A stretch of DNA of 64,000 nucleotides from a virus: positions 1-64,000 of IMG/VR virus record IMGVR_UViG_3300032298_001038; one strand, 5' to 3'. Below the pieces are notes generated by a model. That model made no database searches. It had not been told where the DNA came from and saw nothing but the letters and a program-made list of their open reading frames with translations. Position numbers and translations under genes: made by a program. Numbering within the stretch: position 1 is the first letter of the stretch; the number at the start of each line of letters is the position of its first letter. This document shows positions 18,001 through 27,753 of this stretch, in pieces.

Positions 18001-19941
18001 TTACAGTGTTCTTGGCTCGGAGCCTAGCGGACTTGCGGGGGTTTGAAAGGCTTTTTGGGGGTTAGATTCAGTTTTCCACCCACTTGTCGCGCCAGAAACG
18101 CCAAATTGCTCGCCCCGCGCGAGCGCAGGCACGTAACTGCTACCTTCGGTATCGCTCTTCAACCCGCGGTGAACACTGTTTAAAAATCCACGTTCTTGAT
18201 ACGACCCCAGCATACGCGTCATCCAGTCAGGATCGTTTGAAATGTTGGCCATGCCGCGCACCATCTCGGACTCGAAGGGCGGCGGCTCTTTATGGGCCTG
18301 AATATTGTTTATGCCGTACTTTTTCAAGTTGTCCGCGACGCTTTTAGTTATTTTTGTGCCGATCGAATAGTGCAAGACCGGTTCTTCCAGATAATGATTC
18401 ATAAGCGTATTCGGCGCAGATGCCACAGCGCCCGAACGCGGCTTCCACGACCGTTCCAGCATTGAATATGGAATAACGTCGTCTGGGGCGTAGTCGCCGT
18501 ATTCGTCGTTCAGCCTGACGTGGTTGATCAGCCCGCGCGCCACTAGTTCGATGTTACGCCGGTGGGCTGTGATGCCGGAATTACCAAGCACTTGCCGCAT
18601 GGCTTGCACGAAGTACTTACGCCCTTCACCGACGCCTTTGTGTTTAACAATCTCGGCGGGGTTGGGCATGCCGTCTGACAGTACGTCGCCGGCTTCCAGT
18701 GCGTCGCCTTTCTTGACGCTCACTTGTCGGTCTGCCGGGACGTAGTGATCTTCACCGTCAACGGTGACGTAAAAGCCGCCCTGCGCGGCTGGGCGAATTT
18801 CTTGCACGCGGCCTTCGCGCTGCGTGTGCGTAGCGCCGTCGGGGTAACGTCGTGGAACTTGCACAAGCGCGTTAATAGCCTTGAAGCCGCCAATCGACTT
18901 TGCCCCGCCTACGCCACCCGAGTGCTTCGACGACAACTGCGACTGCGACACCGGCTCAGACAGCGCTTGCGCAGCCGCAATGCCGACGTAATCACCAACG
19001 GGTGGCACGCGGCCCTTTTCGCGATAGCCGACGTCTTTCGCGTATACGCCGCCATCCTCCGGACCGCCGACCAGCGGACTGCGCACTAAAATATCTTTAA
19101 CGCCCATCGCCTTGATGTCTTTGAGAATTTTGGGCGTGAGTACCGTGTTGCGCTTGTACGGGCCGACAGGTCGCGCCAAAAACGACCCTTCGTTATCCGG
19201 GTCGTCAACGTCGGACGGCAGGCCGCGGTTGTGCGCCGTTACCAGCCGCGCTTCGTCATCGTCGTCATCCGCGGTGACAAGGAGGCGGTGCGCCATCTGC
19301 GTAAGTTGCTTGCCATAAAAACCGGCGTCAGCGGTGGCGGTCTTCACGTCAATCACGCCCTTACGCGTACCGAACGATGCCGCGAAGTATTCAGCCGGCG
19401 TCAAGCCGCGACTGTAACTCCGCAGCACCGGCAGCGGGATTGGGTTATCACGATGGTCGACATATTGCATGTCAGCGCCAATCAGCGAGTTCAACATAAA
19501 CTTGTTGCCCGTGGCGCCGGCCAGCACTTGGTGCGCAAGCGGGTTGTTGGCGTCGCGAGCCTCGTTAAACACGTCTTCAACAAGTTTCTGCTGCGTTTCA
19601 GCCGCAAGTTTCAGAATTTTTAACTCGCGCTCTTTGTCCGAGAGGTTAGTGTCCGCAAGAATTTGACGCAGTTCTTTGCGGACTTTGATTTGCGCGTGGC
19701 GGCTCGCAAACGTCGGCCGAATGTCTTTCAGCCCCATCGACAACCCACCCGTGGTGTACGCCACGTCGCGGGAAACATCGTGAATCTTCTTCATCACCTC
19801 GCGGTACCGGTCAGGGTATTTTTTTGCTAGATCGGTGGCCAACGCGCCCATAGCCTTCTTGTCCAACACGCGTTCGTAATCACGCATGTCGTCCGGAAGG
19901 GCTTCGTTGATCATTAACTGGCCAAGGGTAGTTTTTAACAC
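18001..19941 (-). CDS. rpoC: DNA-directed RNA polymerase beta' subunit, C-terminal half
   Basis: TTLGQL; bridge helix GLTPAEYF...RKGVIDVKTATADAGF; trigger loop GIAAAQALSEPVSQ...KHSGG; no Cys. Confidence 0.92.
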   Translation of the reverse strand: MLKTTLGQLMINEALPDDMRDYERVLDKKAMGALATDLAKKYPDRYREVMKKIHDVSRDVAYTTGGLSMGLKDIRPTFASRHAQIKVRKELRQILADTNLSDKERELKILKLAAETQQKLVEDVFNEARDANNPLAHQVLAGATGNKFMLNSLIGADMQYVDHRDNPIPLPVLRSYSRGLTPAEYFAASFGTRKGVIDVKTATADAGFYGKQLTQMAHRLLVTADDDDDEARLVTAHNRGLPSDVDDPDNEGSFLARPVGPYKRNTVLTPKILKDIKAMGVKDILVRSPLVGGPEDGGVYAKDVGYREKGRVPPVGDYVGIAAAQALSEPVSQSQLSSKHSGGVGGAKSIGGFKAINALVQVPRRYPDGATHTQREGRVQEIRPAAQGGFYVTVDGEDHYVPADRQVSVKKGDALEAGDVLSDGMPNPAEIVKHKGVGEGRKYFVQAMRQVLGNSGITAHRRNIELVARGLINHVRLNDEYGDYAPDDVIPYSMLERSWKPRSGAVASAPNTLMNHYLEEPVLHYSIGTKITKSVADNLKKYGINNIQAHKEPPPFESEMVRGMANISNDPDWMTRMLGSYQERGFLNSVHRGLKSDTEGSSYVPALARGEQFGVSGATSGWKTESNPQKAFQTPASPLGSEPRTL

Positions 19942-19947
19942 GGCAAG

Positions 19948-20163
19948 TCATTTCGGCGGAACAAGTTCTCGTACGGTCGGCGCGTTGTTGAGGCCGACCA
20001 TGTTGAGTACGGTTTTGAAATCACTATCCCCAACTGCCGAGTACAAAATGCCGTCTACAAGGTGCGTAGCGACAAAAATTGGATTACCCAAATCGTCTTC
20101 GATCACGACGCTATGGGCTTTTTGGTCGGCAGGAATTAAGTTGTGCTGCGTTTTAACGAGCAT
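19948..20163 (-). CDS. Small hypothetical protein between RNAP genes
   Basis: 71 aa, coupled to neighbours. Confidence 0.55.
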   Translation of the reverse strand: MLVKTQHNLIPADQKAHSVVIEDDLGNPIFVATHLVDGILYSAVGDSDFKTVLNMVGLNNAPTVRELVPPK

Positions 20164-20896
20164 TGTCCGTCAAACTCCGGTGCAACGCTTTCGCTGCGCT
20201 GACTTTTGCTTGAAGATCAATGTTCAAAATCTCAGCGGCAACGGGCTGACCAACACGCGAAACAGCGTGCTGCTCGACGCGCTCCCACCAGTTCGCCTGC
20301 TTGCCAGCAGCAGCCGGATCAGCCGGCGGCGCGCCGGGAGGCAGCGGACCTCCGGGAGGCAGCGGGCCGCCCGGCGCTTGAGGACCGCCTGCCGGGGCCG
20401 GAGGCGGCGCCATCGGACCACCGGGGAGCGCGGTTTCGGCCGGCGGGGCGCCGGTTGTGCCGGGAGGAAGTACAAGCGACTCAGGCGCAACCTGCACGCC
20501 CATCGCGTTCATGATCGCGGTGAGTTGCTGCTGCATGTTGTACAGCCGGTAGTCAAGCATCTGCATCATTTGTTCTGGCTTTAACTTCTGACCAGCACCG
20601 GCGCCGGCAGGACCGGCGGCTTGCGGAGTAGCCGGCGGAAGCGCGCCAAGCATCGACGGGTCCATCATGCCCGGAGGAGCGGCAGCCGGAGGAGCGCCAC
20701 CACCCGCGGCGGCGGCAGCCTGCGCCGGATCAACGGGCTGTTGCGCGCCAAGCGCGTCAGGAGTCATGGGAGGCATGCCGACCTGCTGGGACTGATCAGC
20801 GCCCATTTGGCCGCCCTGCGGCGGCACAACCGCCGACTTTTCAAATACCCGGCGGCTCGCAAGCGCCAGCAGTTCCGGATTTACCGTGTAGGACAT
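20153..20896 (-). CDS. Pro/Ala/Gln-rich Cys-free protein with K-x-A sites
   Basis: FEKSA and GKQA flank a low-complexity core; start MSYTV. Confidence 0.65.
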   Translation of the reverse strand: MSYTVNPELLALASRRVFEKSAVVPPQGGQMGADQSQQVGMPPMTPDALGAQQPVDPAQAAAAAGGGAPPAAAPPGMMDPSMLGALPPATPQAAGPAGAGAGQKLKPEQMMQMLDYRLYNMQQQLTAIMNAMGVQVAPESLVLPPGTTGAPPAETALPGGPMAPPPAPAGGPQAPGGPLPPGGPLPPGAPPADPAAAGKQANWWERVEQHAVSRVGQPVAAEILNIDLQAKVSAAKALHRSLTDNAR

Positions 20897-20897
20897 A

Positions 20898-20913
20898 TTT
20901 ACCTCCATGTAAA
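20898..20913 (-). promoter_or_regulatory. CsrA/RsmA-type hairpin over SD
   Basis: TTTAC-ATGGAG-GTAAA. Confidence 0.6.
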
Positions 20914-20916
20914 CAA

Positions 20917-23900
20917 TCAGGCCTTATCTTCCACAATGTGTACCGGCGTGTCCACGTCGATATCGCCCCGTCGGTAGGCGGCGAGGGCGTCTTTTTTCGT
21001 GCGGTAAACGCGCGGCTTAGATTTGTTGTTAACCTTGCTTGAGGCTAAGTATACACCAGTCTGGTAGTCTTTGTTTGGTACATAATGGGCTTTGAAGTTA
21101 GACGCTGCGAAAAGGTTTTTGCTGGGCAGCATCTTTTCGACGGCTTCCTTGGCGGCTTCTTCGGTGCTGGGCACGTGGTACTGCATCGCGTCGCCGTCGA
21201 AATCGGCCCCGAAGCCTTTTGTGATAACCGGGTTTACTTCCATGACCTTGTTTTTTGTTAACCGCGGATAAAACGCCATAACGCCGTACCGGTGTAGAAC
21301 GGGCGCGCGGTTAATGACGATGGGCTTCGCGTTCATTTGCGTGTTTAATTCGGCAAACGCTTCTTTGTTGCGCTCTTCGACTGCCCGCATCGCGTTCATT
21401 CGCGGCATGCCGCGCCTGATCAGCCCGCGGACGACAAACGGCTTGTAAATGTCCCACGCTTTGTCTTCTGGCAGGGCTACCTCGTCCATGTCGAGGTCCG
21501 GGTTGGGCGAGATTACGGCCCGGCCGACAAGGTCCACAGTGCTCGACAGCAGTTTGCGCTGCATCGTGCCAAACTTCGGACTGTCACCAAATATCTTTGA
21601 CAAGAAACCGCGCACGTTCCGTTCGACGTTCTTCGGGTGTTGCGGATCGCCAAGGCCGGACACCGCCTTCATCGAGTCGTATAACGACAACCGCTCGCCG
21701 CCGACGTCGGAAAGCAGGCCAGAGGCTTCCTTCAGCACGTTGTTCGACTCAAGCAGTTCTTTGTACAGATAGTTAGCGTCGTCGATAAGTTGCATCTTCT
21801 TCGCGCCCATCGTCGAGACTGGGCGGAACGCTGGCGGCAGCACGCCGACCTTGGTTTGCATCCAGTCTTTCGGATGGACGCCAGTGGCTTCTGCGCCCTT
21901 CAAAAACGCGAGCCGGCGCACGGCCGCGTCGCGCAACGTCTTGCGACCAGATTTGATGTCTGCGCGCGCTTGCTCGATTGCGCGCGGAAGGTTCACAGAC
22001 TTTAACGCTTCGTGAATCGCTGTTGGTCCGGTCTTGTTGCCCAACTTCTCTTGACCGGCGAGCACGGCGCGGAACTTCTTTTCGGTCAAGCCTAGCGTTC
22101 GCCGAATCGGCTCTTCCATGATCGGGTTCGGCATCGGCTCGTGTAATGTTATTTTTGACCAACGATTGCCGTTGTGACCGCCAGTCAGCGTCTCGTCGAA
22201 CAGCCCGCCTTTAACCGGCTTCAGGTTGCCCTTCCAGTCGACGGTCTCGGCGTTCTGAATCTCGCGATCGCCGGCTAACTCTTCGACGTTCTTGTCAGTC
22301 AACGCCATGATGTGCGTCTTCGAGCCGGTGCGCACAGCGTTTACGCCAGCGCCGCGAAGTTGATTGACAAACTTCTCGTACACGTGCGGCACCTTCGGCA
22401 GCGGCGGGTCATACCCGGCCATGAACTGCGTCCAGTATTCGGGGTTGGCTTGGCCGCGTACCATCTTGGCGTCGCGCACAACCTTGCCGGCGCCGTGAGA
22501 CAAAAGCGCGCCCAGTTCCAGCATGCCGACGCGCTTAGCGCCTTCGCTGCCGCCCTTGGCGGGCGTGCCTTCAGCCGTATACCCGCCGATCGACCGCCCC
22601 TGACCTTTAGACTCAGCCGTGTGGTGCAGTTTCATAAAGAAACGGTTGCCGGTCAGCACGCCACGAATCTTGCGGCCAGTTTCTGGGTCAATCAGGTCTT
22701 CAGTGTCTGTCAGCCCGTGCTTGGCCAACTCCGCGGCGGCCATCTCGACCAGATCGTTATCGTTATCGAAGTCTTTGATCTTGAACGGCTGGCCAGTCTT
22801 TTCAGAAACTTTGCCCAACGCGGCTTCGATGATCTGCGCAGGGTTTACGCGATTAATTAAGCCGAGCGGGCTGACAAGAATTTCGAGCGGCCGGCCTTGC
22901 CCGTCTTGCGGCATCTGATTGTCAGGAACAATCTCCGACACAACGCCCTTGTCGCCGAAGCGGCCGGTAATCTTGTCGCCGACCTCCATCTGCGACTTCG
23001 ACTTCACGACGACGGACACGCCCTTCTTGGTGTGCTCCACGTCAGTCACGACGCCCGGCGAGTGATGCTCCCACGTCATCGTCTCGTTCGCGAACGCGCC
23101 CGCCCGGCCGCGGTGTACTTTGCCGTAAACCTGATCGCGCTTCTTGGCGACGAGCACCAGCGGGTCGCCAAAATTGACGATCGTGCCTTTTTTGATTGCG
23201 CCGTTATCGTCAAAGTTCTCCAGCATCTTTTTGTCGTACTCGCTGGGAAACAAACTGACGAAAGCCTTCTTGCCGACGTGGGTGTTGTCATCCCACTCGG
23301 CTTCGTGCTGATACATGTGCTGGCTGGTGAGTTTCTTGGCAGCCGATTCAGATATCACAACGGCGTCTTCGTAGTTGCGCCCGCGGAACGGCGTATAGCC
23401 CACGCGCAAATTTAAACCCAGCGCAGCCGCGCCGCCTTTATCAGTAAAGTTACTGGTAGCGATCAGTTGGCCGGGCTTCACGACATCGCCGGGCTTTACC
23501 GTCGGCGTCTGCGTCCAGAACGTCTTCCGATTGAACGGCATGTCGTTGTATAAGTCGATCGTGTGCTTCTGGCCGTCCTTGTCGCGAATGATCATCTCGT
23601 CTGGCGTGACTGCGACAACTTGCCCGCCGACTTGGGATTTAATTGCGCCTAACTTTTCGCCCATCTCGTCTTCGTGCGAAACGCTTCCGTCACCGTCGAA
23701 CTTGGCGGATTGCACGAACGGCGACTCAGCGTTTTCGAGCGGGAGCGCCTGCGTAAACATACGGCTACCCATGATGACGCGCTGGCCTTTTACCATGCTT
23801 TTCATCGGCACCATGTTGGTCAGCGACGAAAACGTGTTGTCCATGTTCGGAACGGTGTACTGCGCGTCTTTGCGCGGCACGTACTTAATCTTGCCGTTTA

Positions 23901-25347
23901 CAAGCGCCGCGACCATCGGCAGGTCCGACTTGTCCTCGCCCGGGAACATGAGCGGCATGTCCGCCAGTTCTTGCGGCGTCTTGTACTCCGTCTCGCCGGT
24001 GTTGGCGTTCTTGACGGGCACCACAAACGTGTGCAGGTTGTTGCCCAACTTGCGCGCCCCGGCAGCGAAGCGCATGTCTACGCCCACCTTGCCAGACTCC
24101 GGCGTGCGGAGATAGTCGATAAAGCCGAAGTGGCTGGGCTGCACGCTGCGCGACTCCGCCGGCACGGCGTCCAGCGAGCCGATGCCGCCTTCGCCGAGCC
24201 GGGTCACGCGCGTCTGGTGGTCAAAAATTTCAGCCGGGTTGATTTCTTCGAGGCTCGACCCCAATCCCGAGCCAATGAGCGCCGCGGTGATCGACTTGTT
24301 AAAGATGCCGCTGGGGATGTGGTCCAGCGTCTTCTTCGCGGTGGCTTTCCAGAGCAACTGCCGCAGGGCCGACTTGTCTTTCACGAACCGTTCCGATATC
24401 AAATCTTCCGGGCCAAAGACTTGCTGGAACGTCATGCTATCGCGGTCGTCGCTTTCGGCTTCCTTGCGATTGACCGCGATAAGTTTTTTGGTGATGTCCA
24501 GAATGGCGTCTGGCGTCAGATTCTTGTACGGCGTGCCCAACGTGCGCTTCGTAACCTCTTCGTCCAACTCCGTCTTGGCAAACTCCGCGGCGATAGCCTT
24601 GATCTTGGCTAACTGGTCCGCTGCCGGGTCTGGCTTAAATACGAGCCGGCTGTAAAGTTTATCCAGCGTGCCGGCGTCGCCTTTCTGCATGTTTACGGCG
24701 GCGATCTCGTTGCCCCACGCTTCCCGTATCTGCTTTTCTTGCACGCCGAGTGTCTTCAGCAGCGGCATGAGCGGAATCTTAGCCTGCCCGATCTGGATTT
24801 GAAACTCGCCGGTTTTGGGGTCCATGTAATAACGGTGCGAGCGGCCTTTGCCGGGCAGCGTGTTAACGTGCGATTCCAGTTCGCCGTTATCTTTCTCGCG
24901 CGTGAACACGCCCGGCCTGAGTCGCAGTTGATGTGCCAGCGTGTATTCGACACCTTTGTTTACAAACGTACCTGAGTCGGTCAGATATGGCACATTTGCT
25001 ATCGTAGCCTGTCGCGAAGCGACAGGCTTTTCCGAGCCATTTTCTATTAAAGTCCACGTGCCCGTTAACTTTCGGGCAAGTGTGCCGCGAGTTAATACAG
25101 CCTTCTTTTGATCTTTACGCGAATAGCGCTCAGGCCCCGCGTAACCCACGTTCGTGAGTTTAAGGGTGTAAAGATCGTTCTGGATCGGCTCAATGCCTGA
25201 CGCAGAACGCAGCGCCTCGTTAAAGATGTTATCGCGCAGGGCGTTAATATCGCCGAATGCGCGGGTCTGTTGCTGCGGAGGAGCAAGAGGCGGAAGAGCC
25301 GGAACTGTCTGCGGTTTCAGCGGCGGCAAGGGGTCGGACATGGTCAC
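20917..25347 (-). CDS. rpoB-rpoC: RNA polymerase beta subunit fused to beta' N-terminal half (catalytic DFDGD)
   Basis: beta motifs GTFVNKG, RTPESGKVG, GDKITGRFGDKG, KLHH...KRVGMLE, followed by beta' motifs KGGLFD, VLPPAFRP, NRAPVLHR, GADFDGDAM; no Cys. Confidence 0.95.
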   Translation of the reverse strand: MTMSDPLPPLKPQTVPALPPLAPPQQQTRAFGDINALRDNIFNEALRSASGIEPIQNDLYTLKLTNVGYAGPERYSRKDQKKAVLTRGTLARKLTGTWTLIENGSEKPVASRQATIANVPYLTDSGTFVNKGVEYTLAHQLRLRPGVFTREKDNGELESHVNTLPGKGRSHRYYMDPKTGEFQIQIGQAKIPLMPLLKTLGVQEKQIREAWGNEIAAVNMQKGDAGTLDKLYSRLVFKPDPAADQLAKIKAIAAEFAKTELDEEVTKRTLGTPYKNLTPDAILDITKKLIAVNRKEAESDDRDSMTFQQVFGPEDLISERFVKDKSALRQLLWKATAKKTLDHIPSGIFNKSITAALIGSGLGSSLEEINPAEIFDHQTRVTRLGEGGIGSLDAVPAESRSVQPSHFGFIDYLRTPESGKVGVDMRFAAGARKLGNNLHTFVVPVKNANTGETEYKTPQELADMPLMFPGEDKSDLPMVAALVNGKIKYVPRKDAQYTVPNMDNTFSSLTNMVPMKSMVKGQRVIMGSRMFTQALPLENAESPFVQSAKFDGDGSVSHEDEMGEKLGAIKSQVGGQVVAVTPDEMIIRDKDGQKHTIDLYNDMPFNRKTFWTQTPTVKPGDVVKPGQLIATSNFTDKGGAAALGLNLRVGYTPFRGRNYEDAVVISESAAKKLTSQHMYQHEAEWDDNTHVGKKAFVSLFPSEYDKKMLENFDDNGAIKKGTIVNFGDPLVLVAKKRDQVYGKVHRGRAGAFANETMTWEHHSPGVVTDVEHTKKGVSVVVKSKSQMEVGDKITGRFGDKGVVSEIVPDNQMPQDGQGRPLEILVSPLGLINRVNPAQIIEAALGKVSEKTGQPFKIKDFDNDNDLVEMAAAELAKHGLTDTEDLIDPETGRKIRGVLTGNRFFMKLHHTAESKGQGRSIGGYTAEGTPAKGGSEGAKRVGMLELGALLSHGAGKVVRDAKMVRGQANPEYWTQFMAGYDPPLPKVPHVYEKFVNQLRGAGVNAVRTGSKTHIMALTDKNVEELAGDREIQNAETVDWKGNLKPVKGGLFDETLTGGHNGNRWSKITLHEPMPNPIMEEPIRRTLGLTEKKFRAVLAGQEKLGNKTGPTAIHEALKSVNLPRAIEQARADIKSGRKTLRDAAVRRLAFLKGAEATGVHPKDWMQTKVGVLPPAFRPVSTMGAKKMQLIDDANYLYKELLESNNVLKEASGLLSDVGGERLSLYDSMKAVSGLGDPQHPKNVERNVRGFLSKIFGDSPKFGTMQRKLLSSTVDLVGRAVISPNPDLDMDEVALPEDKAWDIYKPFVVRGLIRRGMPRMNAMRAVEERNKEAFAELNTQMNAKPIVINRAPVLHRYGVMAFYPRLTKNKVMEVNPVITKGFGADFDGDAMQYHVPSTEEAAKEAVEKMLPSKNLFAASNFKAHYVPNKDYQTGVYLASSKVNNKSKPRVYRTKKDALAAYRRGDIDVDTPVHIVEDKA

Positions 25348-26372
25348 ACCCCTTGGTCGTCATGCGGTTCTTTCGTGGCAGCCACGTCTTTGACCTGCGC
25401 TAATTCCTGCGGATCAATCCAGACTGGCATTGTGTCTTTCATGCGATCCTTGGCCGCCAGAGCCTTGGCCAGATTCTTCGCTGAGGACGCGGCCATGGTC
25501 TTGTCATACATGTATTTGCCGCCGATCAGGCCGCCGCCGAGCGTCGCGCCAGCGGCTGCCACGCCGTACATGTTGGGCAAGTCGTGAAAAATGGACTTAA
25601 GGATAGGCAAACGAGACGGATCAACGTAGCGGAGATAATCCGACCAGTCGGCTTTCTTTTCGGTATACACGTCATAGGCTTGATCGAGCATGTCGGTAAC
25701 CGAGGACTTCTTCTCTTTTTTGCTATCTTTGTCGTCGTCCTTCAGCAACTCATCAAAATACTGCCGGCGAGCGGACTCAACGTTGTCATATTGTTCTTTT
25801 TTCTTCTCGGCTTCGGCGTACGGCTCAGCGGCCATATCGTAAAGCGTCTTTCCGCCCAGCACGCCGAGACCAGCGCCGCCAGCGTTCATCATCGCGTTCC
25901 AGCCGGTATATCCAGAACCGCGATTAAAAAGCGGCTTACCTAAGATCGGCTCCAAAAACGGGAGATACGAGCGCGGCGTGTTCTTGCCCAAAAACTCGTG
26001 AACAGGCTTGGTGTTTAAACCCGCGCCCACGCCAGCACCTGCAAGCCCGCCCAGCAACGCATTCCGCTTCTTCGTCTTCTCGTCCGACAACGCAGACGCC
26101 AAGATCGCACCAGCCGCGCCGCCAACAGCCGGCGCCGCAACCGTATACGCGTCAAAAGCCAATTTCTTTTGCTCAGGAGCCGGCAGTAATTCAGGCGTAT
26201 CAAGCGCGACGTCATTGTAGTCGGGCGTTACGGGCTTGCTGCGCGCCAACTGATCTTCAAAGCGCTTCCGCAGTTTCTTGGCCAAGTAGTACAGCCCGGT
26301 GGCCGAAGCCCCGACGCCGGTGCCTAACAGGACATTGTTAAAGATTTCTTTGCCGTCTTCTGCGTAGCCCAT
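25344..26372 (-). CDS. Gly-zipper virion protein (Cys-free, K-x-A sites)
   Basis: Several GxxxG hydrophobic helices; KKLA, KKSS and EKKA. Confidence 0.65.
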   Translation of the reverse strand: MGYAEDGKEIFNNVLLGTGVGASATGLYYLAKKLRKRFEDQLARSKPVTPDYNDVALDTPELLPAPEQKKLAFDAYTVAAPAVGGAAGAILASALSDEKTKKRNALLGGLAGAGVGAGLNTKPVHEFLGKNTPRSYLPFLEPILGKPLFNRGSGYTGWNAMMNAGGAGLGVLGGKTLYDMAAEPYAEAEKKKEQYDNVESARRQYFDELLKDDDKDSKKEKKSSVTDMLDQAYDVYTEKKADWSDYLRYVDPSRLPILKSIFHDLPNMYGVAAAGATLGGGLIGGKYMYDKTMAASSAKNLAKALAAKDRMKDTMPVWIDPQELAQVKDVAATKEPHDDQGV

Positions 26373-26384
26373 AGTCGCCTGCCG

Positions 26385-26732
26385 TTATTTGGGCGGAATC
26401 ATGCCGTAAACTTGGCACCACTCCAGCCAGACTCTGTAATGTTTGTGTTCTTCGTCCCAGTGATCGGAACGTTTTTGCGCCATATACCAGCCGTTGACCA
26501 TTTTATCATTGATGTCGTCAAATTCGGCCTTTTGCTGCTCATCCCACAATTCGAACATCCTAGACTTGAAGTCGAGCCGGAAATCAATGTTTTCCAGTTC
26601 GCCGTCTTTTAAGTTTGGGGCAGTTCCGGGCGGCGCAATGACAGGAAAACCTTCAGGTGTTCCCGGCCAATACAACCGATGATTCCCGTGCTGACCCCCG
26701 GCTACCTCTTGAAAATACTTCCTTGTACTCAC
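26385..26732 (-). CDS. Hypothetical protein
   Basis: 115-aa ORF in operon. Confidence 0.65.
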   Translation of the reverse strand: MSTRKYFQEVAGGQHGNHRLYWPGTPEGFPVIAPPGTAPNLKDGELENIDFRLDFKSRMFELWDEQQKAEFDDINDKMVNGWYMAQKRSDHWDEEHKHYRVWLEWCQVYGMIPPK

Positions 26733-26744
26733 AGGAGCCTTTCG

Positions 26745-27251
26745 TTAGCGCGAGGTTTCACGAGCCTGCCGATACTTCTTGTAGGCTTTCTGGGCCTTGA
26801 GTCGATCAGAGTAGACCTTGTATGTATCCGATAATTCTTTTGATTTAATCTCGTCTTCGTCAATCGGTTCTTCGTCTAACTTGGCTTTGCCGTAACCGAG
26901 CGCGGCGCCACCCAGAAGGCCCGCTGCTCCGCCAATGCCAATACCAGCAAGGCCGAGGTCTTTAGCCGCTGAAAGGCCGCCGTTAAGCAAGAAAGGACTA
27001 GCAAGAATGCCCGCGGTGCCTACGGTCTTTGTTGCGGCGCCTGTGCGGGCAGCAATTGGCGCAAGGCGGGCGGCGAGGGCCGGGGCAAAACGCGCTAACA
27101 ATCCAGTGCCTGTGCCGCCGAGAAATGTGGGAAGAAGTGCGCTTTTTTCAAACGCTTCCTTCACCTGTTCGGGTTCAAGGCCCATTTCAAAGCATCGGGC
27201 GGCGAAACCCATCTTGAAGGCCGTCTTTTCGTCAATGCTATCAAAATCCAT
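26745..27251 (-). CDS. Gly-zipper virion protein
   Basis: EKTA and EKSA in the leader; GLAGIGIGGAAGLLGGAALG helix. Confidence 0.65.
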   Translation of the reverse strand: MDFDSIDEKTAFKMGFAARCFEMGLEPEQVKEAFEKSALLPTFLGGTGTGLLARFAPALAARLAPIAARTGAATKTVGTAGILASPFLLNGGLSAAKDLGLAGIGIGGAAGLLGGAALGYGKAKLDEEPIDEDEIKSKELSDTYKVYSDRLKAQKAYKKYRQARETSR

Positions 27252-27252
27252 G

Positions 27253-27753
27253 TCACTCTCCCGGCAGAATTAACTTTTTGGGGGTATTCGGCGTAGCCCC
27301 CATTGTAAAGTCTGGAGCGACGTATTTTCCAGTATCTCGGCCTAAAGGAAGCGCGCCGGGAAGTGAAGTCGTAAAATTAGCCCCCGACGCCAACGAAATC
27401 CGGCTCTTGCGGTTCGGGCGGTGCTTCATGAACCACGCATCGACTTCCGGGTCCGAGCGGTCGCCTTGCTCCTTAGCCTCGTTCGTGCAGGCAATCATTT
27501 CTTCAATAGCGCGAATCAGGTCAGAGCGGTCAGCAGACAACCACGACGCCTTAGACGGGTTTTCGGCGGCGACGTGGCGCAGACGGGCGGCTTCGTCGGA
27601 AAGGGCCTGTGCACGCAGCAGGAATTCTTTACGAGTCAGGACGTAGAACTCGCCCGTGTCCTCGTCGTGCAAACAGACAAATCCGTTTTCCGCGTAAAAC
27701 TTGAGGCCGCGGAACCTGTAGCACTTCCCTGTGACTTTTTTCAGATCGGGCAT
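27253..27753 (-). CDS. Hypothetical protein
   Basis: 166-aa ORF abutting the next gene. Confidence 0.65.
   Translation of the reverse strand: MPDLKKVTGKCYRFRGLKFYAENGFVCLHDEDTGEFYVLTRKEFLLRAQALSDEAARLRHVAAENPSKASWLSADRSDLIRAIEEMIACTNEAKEQGDRSDPEVDAWFMKHRPNRKSRISLASGANFTTSLPGALPLGRDTGKYVAPDFTMGATPNTPKKLILPGE

Noticed and set aside
19948-20163. RNAP omega or sigma subunit
   Set aside because: No recognisable omega or sigma motifs; left as hypothetical.
5641-20908. MEV... start codons of ORFs 6582, 17968 and 20908
   Set aside because: That ATG is part of the ATGGAGG SD hairpin; properly spaced starts lie 12-15 nt downstream.
20917-25347. Intein or intron in the RNAP genes
   Set aside because: No C/S...HN splice motifs or homing-nuclease motifs; subunits are shorter, not longer, than cellular ones.
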